DNA of 32,000 bases from Nitrosospira multiformis ATCC 25196 (GCF_000196355.1 NC_007614.1:1590001-1622000), one strand, 5' to 3'; positions 1-7,523 are shown, counted from the first letter of the stretch. Made by a program: numbers and translations. The notes: generated by a model not told the origin, from the sequence alone.

Positions 1-608
1 GCCTGGGTTTTTTGAGCGTAGTTGTCGACTTTATCGAGATACGAGACCCCCTCGAGACCGAGAATGGTGATGCGATCGATATGCCCGACCTTGAAATAGG
101 TATGCAAAGCCTGCGTGATTGAAAAAGGCGCGGTATCTTTATTTCGCGTGATCAATTCCAGATTCAGGGAGTTTCCCACTGTAACTTCGAGATCCAGATC
201 GAACGCATGCGGCCAGATCGCCCTTGTTTCCGCTGTATCGCTCAAACCGAGCGTCACCTTGCTGTCGCCATTTCCAGTGGTTTCCGTTTTAATGACGTTC
301 CAGAGGCGGGTACGCACAAAACCATGTACAGGACGCCCTTGCTGTTGCGGATCCGGGCCGAACCAAGGCCAGCAGACGGGAGCGCCGCCCTTGATACCTT
401 TACCTGCCTCATAATATGCAGCCTCGCTCAGGAACATCAGGTTCTGCTCATTTGCAGGTTGAAAAGATAGTACCTGCCCTCCATAAACAGAGATCACTGC
501 GCCACCCTTGGCATTATCGACCCTGATAAAGGGGAACCCTCCTGCCCCCTCCATGAATTTGACCTGCCCGTCGATCCCATGGTTTTTATTCAACTCTTCT
601 ATGTTCAT
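1..608 (-). CDS. yeaD: D-hexose-6-phosphate mutarotase / aldose-1-epimerase-like protein (YeaD family); N-terminal part only, since the gene runs off the left edge
   Basis: Absent from the ORF track because it is open at the window edge. Hand translation of the minus strand from ATG at 608 gives MNIEELNKNHGIDGQVKFMEGAGGFPFIRVDNAKGGAVISVYGGQVLSFQPANEQNLMFLSEAAYYEAGKGIKGGAPVCWPWFGPDPQQQGRPVHGFVRTRLWNV... The GG.PVCWPWFGP....HGF.R block matches the signature I remember from E. coli YeaD. Confidence 0.75.
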   Translation of the reverse strand, partial: MNIEELNKNHGIDGQVKFMEGAGGFPFIRVDNAKGGAVISVYGGQVLSFQPANEQNLMFLSEAAYYEAGKGIKGGAPVCWPWFGPDPQQQGRPVHGFVRTRLWNVIKTETTGNGDSKVTLGLSDTAETRAIWPHAFDLDLEVTVGNSLNLELITRNKDTAPFSITQALHTYFKVGHIDRITILGLEGVSYLDKVDNYAQKTQ

Positions 609-719
609 TTCATTCCTTATTCGCTTCTGAAGATGCCCTATAGAAGAGGATCATAATGGCACCTGAACATTTTGTCATCAACAGCTGTTTATGCCGGGCG
701 ACCCGCATCAGCAGGCCGA

Positions 720-1157
720 TCAGCGAAGCAGAACGAGCCTTGGAATTGCTTCCGTACCTATCCAGACAACCGCATTTTGCCCGAATTCCTTTCCAAGCGC
801 CTTAGTTGTCTCCAGATTCAATCCGAGCACGAGAAAGCTTTTTTCCGCCGCCCATGCTCCGGCAGGGTCGATGCCTTCACCCTCGATAATCTGGCTCTGC
901 TGGGCAACATGCCGATCAAGGCTCTTCCGGAGATCCAGGCATGCCTTCATGTTCATTTCATGACTTTCTGCCGCCCCGAAGGGGTTGCAGGCGGTGATGA
1001 ACGCGGCACACCGATGGCCAGACGCTGCCAGAAGCCTTGCCAGCGGCTCGGAATACTGGTCGACATGCAACGTTATTGCCTCATGGCCTACGCCCGCCCG
1101 ATAGTAAGCCGAGCGATAGACATAAATGAGATCATCAGGGATTTCAGTGTATGACAT
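720..1157 (-). CDS. DUF3293-family protein of unknown function
   Basis: Track ORF 720..1214 trimmed to ATG at 1157 (MSYTEIPDD...), which has GGAG 7 nt upstream. The YYRAG...ITLHV...AAFITACNP...N..A...L pattern fits my memory of DUF3293. Confidence 0.6.
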   Translation of the reverse strand: MSYTEIPDDLIYVYRSAYYRAGVGHEAITLHVDQYSEPLARLLAASGHRCAAFITACNPFGAAESHEMNMKACLDLRKSLDRHVAQQSQIIEGEGIDPAGAWAAEKSFLVLGLNLETTKALGKEFGQNAVVWIGTEAIPRLVLLR

Positions 1158-1265
1158 GGTATCTCCGGCGAAGCTTCTCATCCCCAAGCCTTTATGATTG
1201 CTACATCTACCCATGGATGCAGGGCAGGCAGGGTAAGTTGCAAGCAGTGCAGGAAGAGTTTCTTC

Positions 1266-1829
1266 TTAAGAAAGGTGGCGGATCACCCTGCAAGGATTTC
1301 CTGCAGCGAAAACGTTTGCGGGAATGTTTCTGGTAACAATGCTTCCCGATCCGATCGTCGTGCCCCGTCCGATCGTGACCCCGGGATTGATGATCGCCCC
1401 ACCGCCAATCCAGACGCTGTCTTCCACGGTAATGGGTGCAGCGGCTTCCAGACCGGTATCACGGTCCTTCGCTGCAAGGGGGTGGGTTGCAGTATAGATC
1501 TGCACCGCCGGGCCCAGAAAGACATTATGCCCCATGATGACCTGCGCGCAATCCAGCACGATGCAATTGAAATTGGCGTAAAAGTTATCCCCTACTAGAA
1601 GGTTATAACCGTAGTCGCAATAAAAGGGTGGCTCGATATGAAGATTTGACCCCGATGCCCCGAGCAGTTCCCCCAAAATTGCAGATCGTTTTTCAGCCTC
1701 CTCCGGAAGGGTGTCATTGAAAACCTTCGCCAATCTTTTGGCACGCTTTCTTTCCTCGACCAGCAGTCGGTCGCTGGAGCGATAGAGTTCTCCATTCAGC
1801 ATTTTCTGCTTTTCGGTCTTATCGATCAC
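1266..1829 (-). CDS. maa: Maltose/galactoside O-acetyltransferase (left-handed beta-helix, hexapeptide repeats)
   Basis: 187 aa with a GTG start. The N-terminus (M)IDKTEKQKMLNGELYRS parallels E. coli Maa MSTEKEKMIAGELYRS. Matching blocks include IEPPFYCDYGYN, ANFNCIVLD, IYTATHP, VWIGGGAIINPGVTIG and GNPCRVIR. Confidence 0.85.
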   Translation of the reverse strand: MIDKTEKQKMLNGELYRSSDRLLVEERKRAKRLAKVFNDTLPEEAEKRSAILGELLGASGSNLHIEPPFYCDYGYNLLVGDNFYANFNCIVLDCAQVIMGHNVFLGPAVQIYTATHPLAAKDRDTGLEAAAPITVEDSVWIGGGAIINPGVTIGRGTTIGSGSIVTRNIPANVFAAGNPCRVIRHLS

Positions 1830-1936
1830 GTCATCTATTATTCAATACAGGCATTTGAATAAGCTTCGGAAAGAAAAAGAAAGAAAGCTTTCTAGAGGAA
1901 CCACCCGGGGGGAAACACCCGGCGCTGCCGCTTCAG

Positions 1937-2350
1937 TCAGGTTTCGGACATTCTGCCCGTATGCCGCATCGAGCATGGCTGTTTATTGCTCTCGGGATCA
2001 TACTTGGCGCCCCAGTGGATGAGCGCATGCAGGGCCGGGGATAAATCCTTTCCTTTTTCCGTGAGCGTATAAATGACTCTTCTTGCATTAAGGGGATCGC
2101 GCTGCCTTGAAATGATATTGCACTCCTCCAGTTTTTTCAGACGATCTGAAAGAATATTGGATGCAATTTTTTCGGGTGAAGCGAGAAAATCCCGGAAATG
2201 CTGCTTGTCCTTGAACAGTATGTCGCGAATGACAAGCAAAGTCCATTTATCACCCAATATATCCAGCGCGCAGCTAACGGGACAGGAAGAACGCTTGCTC
2301 TGATCTTTAGTCATGCTCACATTATGTTTGATTTTCCCGATACGATTCAT
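1937..2350 (-). CDS. HxlR-family winged-helix transcriptional regulator
   Basis: CPVSCALDILGDKWTLLVIRDI...FRDF......IASNILSDRLKKLEE..II.R........V.YTLTEKGKDL is the typical HxlR/DUF24 core. An alternative start exists at M13. Confidence 0.8.
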   Translation of the reverse strand: MNRIGKIKHNVSMTKDQSKRSSCPVSCALDILGDKWTLLVIRDILFKDKQHFRDFLASPEKIASNILSDRLKKLEECNIISRQRDPLNARRVIYTLTEKGKDLSPALHALIHWGAKYDPESNKQPCSMRHTGRMSET

Positions 2351-2368
2351 TTATTATACTTTCAATAT

Positions 2369-2404
2369 GCAACCAAATACGAGAATTGAGACTCTATCTG
2401 GTTG
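2369..2404. promoter_or_regulatory. Imperfect inverted repeat GCAACCAAATA-N14-TATCTGGTTGC in the hxlR / 2554 divergent intergenic region; candidate HxlR operator
   Basis: The arms at 2369-2379 and 2394-2404 are reverse complements at 10 of 11 positions. The repeat lies 19 nt upstream of the hxlR ATG. The assignment to HxlR is inference only. Confidence 0.3.
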
Positions 2405-2553
2405 CCAATACAATTTTTTCAGCTCGGAACGGCTTTATTTCTCATATGGCTCAGATAACCTGTTATAGCTCGTCCAGGAAAGATCAGGACTTTTTGGATG
2501 GACGATATGAGGCTGAAAGGCAGCGACAAGCAAATACAAATCAAGAGGAGTAG

Positions 2554-3132
2554 ATGATGAAGCAAGCGATACAAGCCGGTACCTCGATTCTTGTCCTTGT
2601 AGCAACGTTGTACAGCGGTTCGGCGACCGCTCATGGAAAAGTCTCGATGGAGGAAGACAGCTGCATGCGACGGCTTGGCGACAGCAGCATGGTTCATTTA
2701 AGCGCCTACCAGCCGCAGTATGAGCCCGCAGATCAATACTGCACCGAAATTCCCAAAGGAGGAAACACGTTTCTGGTGGTCGATCTCGTGGATCCCGCAT
2801 TACGGGATATTCCCATCGGAATGCGAATTGTGAGAGGAAGCAATGAAACAGAAGATGAAACGGTATCTTATGTCAGGCCCAGCTATCACCCCGATGGGGT
2901 GATCAAGGGGGAAACCGCCCTGGACAAGGGGGAGTACACGGTTTTCATAACCGGTGAGGCAGTGCCTCCCGTACGCTACGAATATCCGTTGCGCGTAGAA
3001 ATGATCAATTACGCAAAAACTTTTCGCGCTGCGGTCGGACCGATGATAGCCGCTCTGCTGCTGACTTTGCTTGGCTACAAGATCATGCAGTCCAAGCGGG
3101 TGAGGCAATGGAGATCTTCTCGGGGGTCATAG
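2554..3132 (+). CDS. Hypothetical exported protein with signal peptide, predicted mature N-terminal His, Cys-Met pair, beta-rich domain and C-terminal TM anchor
   Basis: GAGGAG lies 5 nt upstream of ATGATG. The signal peptide is ...LVLVATLYSGSATA|HGK. The C-terminal helix AAVGPMIAALLLTLLGYKIM is followed by a basic tail. I recognise no family with certainty. Confidence 0.7.
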   Translation: MMKQAIQAGTSILVLVATLYSGSATAHGKVSMEEDSCMRRLGDSSMVHLSAYQPQYEPADQYCTEIPKGGNTFLVVDLVDPALRDIPIGMRIVRGSNETEDETVSYVRPSYHPDGVIKGETALDKGEYTVFITGEAVPPVRYEYPLRVEMINYAKTFRAAVGPMIAALLLTLLGYKIMQSKRVRQWRSSRGS

Positions 3133-3337
3133 GCCTCTGGAGTTTTAGCGGTAAGGGTCGGACCTTTGCTCCCATTCCCTAGTAGGTCATGGCATGGAGG
3201 ATTTTGACCAAAGCTTCCATGCCTGCTCGTCTGACTGGCTGACTAAATCAGTAGTTGAGCCTGGTAGTTGAGCCTTATAAAGGCCCGTCGCTTCTCTTCC
3301 TTCATAAGCAAAAATTTAGTGCGGACTCCAGTGGAGA

Positions 3338-3375
3338 CCAATGCTTGCTGATGAGATTGCAAGCATTGGTTTTTT
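3338..3375 (+). terminator. Rho-independent terminator
   Basis: Perfect 11-bp stem CCAATGCTTGC (3338-3348) / GCAAGCATTGG (3359-3369), a 10-nt loop, then TTTTTT (3370-3375). Confidence 0.75.
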
Positions 3376-3794
3376 CTCTGCCTCCTGAATTGAAGAATGG
3401 CCGTGCTTGACTCCTCCTGGGCATCCTCCAGATACCTTCCCAGGAGGCGTCAACTTGATTCGATGGGCTTATGGTCCCGAGTCAGGCCAGAACCTGCCCG
3501 CTTTCTCTTTCTATTCAGAAAAAAGCGGGTATCTTTCAAGCTCAAATCACGGCTTGCCACCATTCCCTTCGCTTCCCCTGGCAAACGCTGTCTAATCCTT
3601 GTAGTCTCTGAACCAAAGCCCCTGTATCATCTATGATGCGGAAAATGAGAAAAAATGGCGGGGGACAATGGGACAATAACAATATATCTTCTCTCCGATT
3701 TTTAATGCCTGTTCCTCGATATGTTAATAAATAAAGGCATTCCGAGGGCCTGAATTTCCGCATAACTCCAATCTACTTGAAAGGAATAAGTCGT

Positions 3795-4010
3795 GTGGAG
3801 TTCGTAATAGTTAGCTACCCGGCTCGGCGGCCGGTATATGTCGACGGCGATCTGTGCGGCTATACCAATGAAGTCCTGCAGATGGATGCGGGCACGCATA
3901 AATTTACCCTGGCCCCTCCAGAAGACTGTGACCCCATCTGTTGCGAGGTCATGGTCAAGGGAACCACTGTTCTGCTTCCCATGAAAGTTGCCTTTATCAA
4001 AAAATGGTAG
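3795..4010 (+). CDS. Small hypothetical protein with a PEGA-like beta-sandwich motif and no signal peptide
   Basis: Track ORF 3777..4010 has a TTG start. I prefer the in-frame GTG at 3795, which has AGGA 9 nt upstream. VSYPARRPVYVDGDLCGYTNEVLQMDAGTHKFTL resembles the PEGA pattern (..P.GA.V.VDG...G.T...L..G.H...L). Its stop TAG (4008-4010) overlaps the downstream ATG at 4004. Confidence 0.5.
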   Translation: MEFVIVSYPARRPVYVDGDLCGYTNEVLQMDAGTHKFTLAPPEDCDPICCEVMVKGTTVLLPMKVAFIKKW

Positions 4011-5464
4011 GTATGAGTATCCGACTCGGCACATGCGTGGCTGTGCTTGCTGGAGCCCTATTGTTGAGCGGGTGTGGCTCCTTTCAGGTAAATCCGCCCT
4101 TGGCCAGGTACGACCCTTCCTCAGGTTACCGTTTCGAAAAACTGGAGCCGGGAAGCAATAGCGATAAATTGTTTGTCATTCTGGTTTTCTCGGGAGGCGG
4201 TACCCGGGCGGCGGCATTATCTTATGGAGTGCTGGAGGCTCTCCGCGACACTCAAATCGAATGGAAAAACCGGAAAATATCGCTGCTGGATGAAGTGGAT
4301 GTAATTTCGTCGATATCCGGGGGAAGCTTTCCTGCAGCTTATTACGCCCTGTATGGATTGCGGATCTTCGACGAATTCCCGAATCGCTTCCTCTACAGAT
4401 CCATCCAATCCGAATTGATTGATTCGGCATTGACTCCGGCGGGGCTGTTGAAACTCGGCGGGTCGACCTTCGGGCGCAGTGATCTGGCGGCGGAGTTTTA
4501 TGATCGGGAGGTATTTGGCGCAGGCACATATGCGGAAGTAATTGCTCGGGCTCGACGACCTTTTGTGATCCTGAATGCCACGGATATGACGACGGGAACG
4601 CAATTTCCCTTTACCCAGGACCAGTTTGATCTTTTATGCTCCGACCTGTCAGGAATTTCACTGGGGCGGGCAGCAGCCGCATCCTCGGCGTATCCGGGAG
4701 GACTTACGCCCCTCACTTTTAAAAACTATGCGGGCAAATGCGGCTACCGTCAGCCTGAATGGGTGGATCTTGCCGTTCAGGATCATAAGTCGCGCCTCAA
4801 TATACGTCGGGCCGCGCGCGCGGAAAACAGGCTTTCGTATACCGCGACCGACCTCAACCCGCGTAAATACATCCACTTGACCGATGGCGGCGTGGCCGAC
4901 AATATCGGGTTGCGGGAGCCGCTCGCGGCGATCACCAGTTTAAATAATTCCTGGAGCGTGCTTCGCCTGATAAATCAGAAGAAAGTGGACAAACTGGTGG
5001 TAATCGTGGTGAATGCCGGCACAAACCCAACTACCCGCCGGGATCAGAGGCCAGAGGTTCCCGGGCTCGTTGATACGCTGACTGCCGCAGCCGTGGTCCC
5101 GTTGGGCAATTATTCATTCGATACTCTCGAATTGTTGCGGCAAACGGTTAACGAGTTCAACGAATCGATGCGCCTGGTATCCGGATGCAAGGAGTTGGCT
5201 GCCAGCAAAGGCCCGCGATGCGAGCTGGATATTCCCGTACCGCACCAGATTGAATTTTTTCCGATCGAGGTGGCGTTTGAATACATCCAAGCCGTCGACG
5301 AGCGAAACTGGTTCAAAAATCTTCCAACCACCCTGGAATTGCCTCGGGAAACGGTAGATAAACTACGGAAGGTCGGACAGCAAATACTCAGCGAAGATCC
5401 CGAGTTCAAAAGACTGATGGAAGTGTTGCATGGATGCATTCCATTCGCGGGACAGGGTTGCTGA
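4004..5464 (+). CDS. Patatin-like phospholipase, predicted lipoprotein
   Basis: Track ORF 3941..5464 trimmed to ATG 4004; ATG 4013 is also possible. The signal peptide MVGMSIRLGTCVAVLAGALLLSGC carries the lipobox LSGC. The oxyanion motif is FSGGGTRAAA, the nucleophile region is ISSISGGSFPAAYY, and the catalytic Asp motif is LTDGGVADNIGL. Confidence 0.85.
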   Translation: MVGMSIRLGTCVAVLAGALLLSGCGSFQVNPPLARYDPSSGYRFEKLEPGSNSDKLFVILVFSGGGTRAAALSYGVLEALRDTQIEWKNRKISLLDEVDVISSISGGSFPAAYYALYGLRIFDEFPNRFLYRSIQSELIDSALTPAGLLKLGGSTFGRSDLAAEFYDREVFGAGTYAEVIARARRPFVILNATDMTTGTQFPFTQDQFDLLCSDLSGISLGRAAAASSAYPGGLTPLTFKNYAGKCGYRQPEWVDLAVQDHKSRLNIRRAARAENRLSYTATDLNPRKYIHLTDGGVADNIGLREPLAAITSLNNSWSVLRLINQKKVDKLVVIVVNAGTNPTTRRDQRPEVPGLVDTLTAAAVVPLGNYSFDTLELLRQTVNEFNESMRLVSGCKELAASKGPRCELDIPVPHQIEFFPIEVAFEYIQAVDERNWFKNLPTTLELPRETVDKLRKVGQQILSEDPEFKRLMEVLHGCIPFAGQGC

Positions 5465-5519
5465 TGAAAAATTCGATGGAAATCACGCGCCAGCTCACCA
5501 AAAAAGAAAGGGAAGAAAT

Positions 5520-6560
5520 ATGACGAAGATTCTCGGATTCGCCGCGCACGCCCCCGGGCAGAAACTCGAACCATTCACTTATGACGCCGGGCCTCTCGCG
5601 CCGGAGGAAGTGGAAATTGCGGTGGAGCATTGTGGTCTTTGTCATTCCGATCTTTCAATACTGAATAATGACTGGGGTATCACGCAGTATCCCGTTATTC
5701 CGGGGCACGAAGCCATTGGCCGGATTGTCGCGATGGGAGAACAGGCAAAGGGATTGCAAATCGGCCAGCGGGTAGGCGTTGGCTGGAATGCGGGCAGCTG
5801 CATGCACTGCCATGAATGCATGAGCGGCGATCACAACCTTTGTACCAGAGCCACCGCGACAATCATCGGGCATTACGGGGGATTTGCCGACAAAGTGCGA
5901 GCCCACTGGGCGTGGACGATTCCCATACCTGAGACCCTTGAAAGTTCCTCCGCAGGCCCGTTACTTTGCGGAGGAATTACTGTATTTGCGCCCCTTGCGG
6001 CCTATGTAAAACCGACCGATCATGTAGGTGTCGTTGGCATTGGCGGCCTTGGTCATCTCGCCCTGCAATTTGCGCATGCCTGGGGTTGCGAAGTTACGGC
6101 CTTCTCTTCCAATCCCTCAAAGGCGGAAGAAATGCGCACCCTCGGTGCCCATCGTGTTCTCTCCAGTCGTAAGAGCGGCGAAATTCGCTCGGCAGCACGC
6201 TCGCTCGACTTTCTGCTGGTGACCGTCAATGTCCCCCTTGACTGGGCATTGCTGCTCCAGACGCTGAAACCGAAGGGACGCATGCATCTCGTTGGCGCAG
6301 TGCTCGAACCCCTGCCTATCCCCGCTTTCGAGCTTCTGAGCGGACAGAAGAATGTTTCAGGGTCACCGACGGGTGGGCCTGCGATGATGGCGGATATGCT
6401 GGATTTTGCCGCCCGTCACGGCATTCAGCCTCAGGTAGAGCGTTTTCCCATGAGCAGGGTCAATGAAGCGGTTGCACATCTGGCTGCTGGAAAAGCGCGC
6501 TACCGCATAGTCCTGGATGCGAATTTCAATCGGGAGCACCCAGGAAGTGCGAATGCATGA
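5520..6560 (+). CDS. Zn-dependent NAD(P)-alcohol dehydrogenase, cinnamyl-alcohol-dehydrogenase / YahK type
   Basis: Track ORF trimmed to ATG 5520 (MTKILGFAAHAPGQKLEP), which has AAGGGAAG upstream. Matching blocks are CGLCHSDL, PVIPGHEAIGRIV, the structural-Zn motif CMHCHECMSGDHNLC and the Rossmann motif VGVVGIGGLGHLA. It is collinear with E. coli YahK as I remember it. Confidence 0.9.
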   Translation: MTKILGFAAHAPGQKLEPFTYDAGPLAPEEVEIAVEHCGLCHSDLSILNNDWGITQYPVIPGHEAIGRIVAMGEQAKGLQIGQRVGVGWNAGSCMHCHECMSGDHNLCTRATATIIGHYGGFADKVRAHWAWTIPIPETLESSSAGPLLCGGITVFAPLAAYVKPTDHVGVVGIGGLGHLALQFAHAWGCEVTAFSSNPSKAEEMRTLGAHRVLSSRKSGEIRSAARSLDFLLVTVNVPLDWALLLQTLKPKGRMHLVGAVLEPLPIPAFELLSGQKNVSGSPTGGPAMMADMLDFAARHGIQPQVERFPMSRVNEAVAHLAAGKARYRIVLDANFNREHPGSANA

Positions 6561-6885
6561 TCGGCCGCTTCTTAGCAATTCAACCGTCACTTCATTCGGA
6601 CACGAGGGCGCCCAAATTCCGTAATGTTACGCAGGGTGATTTCCCGGTCCCGATAATACCAATAGTTTTATTGCGGCATTTCAAAGCCAAGCAGTCCCTG
6701 GACGGCACTGAGGGTCAGCATCAACGCGACCATATGCTCTGCGGCTGAATGTGGCAAATAGGCAGGTACCCGCCCCCATGAATTCCCCATTGCGCTTGCG
6801 GGCTGAAATTGGTTTCCTGCCTGCTTGTTCCTTCTTCGGGATGTTGAAATCCGGTTTGGAGGCTCACGGCAAGCTCTTCCGCAAG

Positions 6886-7110
6886 CTAAGGGGAGGATGA
6901 ACAGCATGCCTGCATCTGAACCGGAGGGCATTTAATGGACCCGAAGGAACAAAAGACGCAGCAATCACCCGGACGAGGCTGCAACAGCGTCTTGCAGTCT
7001 TCGCATTCATAATAAAACTGGCAGGCGTCGACTGGCATGATTTCTCGCTTGACGTACTTACAGTAAGGGCACGTCAGTTCCGATTCCAGATGAAGTGGGT
7101 TATTCATCAA
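6886..7110 (-). CDS. Cysteine-rich miniprotein with a GDCCVxC motif (putative metal binding)
   Basis: 74 aa with 11 Cys: CPYC...C.....CEDC...GDCCVFC......C.......CC. GDCCVFC is encoded at 6949-6969. I recall an NCBI family named for exactly this GDCCVxC motif. Confidence 0.65.
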   Translation of the reverse strand: MMNNPLHLESELTCPYCKYVKREIMPVDACQFYYECEDCKTLLQPRPGDCCVFCSFGSIKCPPVQMQACCSSSP

Positions 7111-7169
7111 AAGAATTCCCGGGAGTGGTAAAAAATTGTGGCAGCATATCCTCCAGTTTACTGCCGCTT

Positions 7170-7523
7170 CTACTGCTTCGCTTCCTCCGCCATCTGACGG
7201 TGAGACTCCGCCATCCTCCTGTTTTCCTCCGCAGCTTCCTCATAGATGTGAGCAAGTGCCTGGGCATGCTCTTTCACATCAATGGTTTTCCTGCCATAGT
7301 AATATCCGTGTTTCCGATATTCGGTCAGGTATCTTTTCTGCTCATCTGCTCTCGCCTGCATGGCTTCCGCTGCCGCCTGATAGTGTCGAGCCAGGACGTA
7401 ATGATCCTTAGCGGTTTTTGCGTTCCGAATAGCGCTTGTCATATCCATGGGATGGGAATCGATGTGAGCGCAGGACATGAGAGTCAAGCCTGTTAGAATT
7501 ACAAAAAATAAGCGAATTTTCAT
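7170..7523 (-). CDS. Helical lipoprotein of unknown function (paralog of 29649..30089)
   Basis: Track ORF 7170..7628 trimmed to ATG 7523. The signal peptide MKIRLFFVILTGLTLMSC has a lipobox-like LMSC. The mature part is Ala/Glu/His-rich and helical. Paralogy to 29649..30089 was seen by hand alignment. Confidence 0.65.
   Translation of the reverse strand: MKIRLFFVILTGLTLMSCAHIDSHPMDMTSAIRNAKTAKDHYVLARHYQAAAEAMQARADEQKRYLTEYRKHGYYYGRKTIDVKEHAQALAHIYEEAAEENRRMAESHRQMAEEAKQ

Noticed and set aside
3941-4003. 5' extensions offered by the ORF track: patatin from 3941, ADH from 5430, lipoproteins from 7628 and 29571, cusA from 24199, DUF3293 from 1214.
   Set aside because: Each extension overlaps the upstream gene or lacks an RBS. 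Downstream in-frame starts give canonical signal peptides or N-termini matching homologs and are preceded by SD-like sequences.
4004-5464. Patatin-like phospholipase as a CBASS (CapV-type) or other anti-phage effector.
   Set aside because: No CD-NTase/cyclase, sensor, or other defence gene is adjacent. The protein carries a lipoprotein export signal, whereas CapV-type effectors are cytoplasmic. The neighbours are housekeeping genes.
6668-6931. 87-aa minus ORF downstream of and overlapping the GDCCVxC gene. An internal 40-aa version (MGNSWGRVPAYLPHSAAEHMVALMLTLSAVQGLLGFEMPQ) has a hydrophobic tail.
   Set aside because: The long form overlaps the GDCCVxC coding region in another frame. The short form has no RBS I can see and no recognisable motif. 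It may be a decayed gene, but I cannot support a call.
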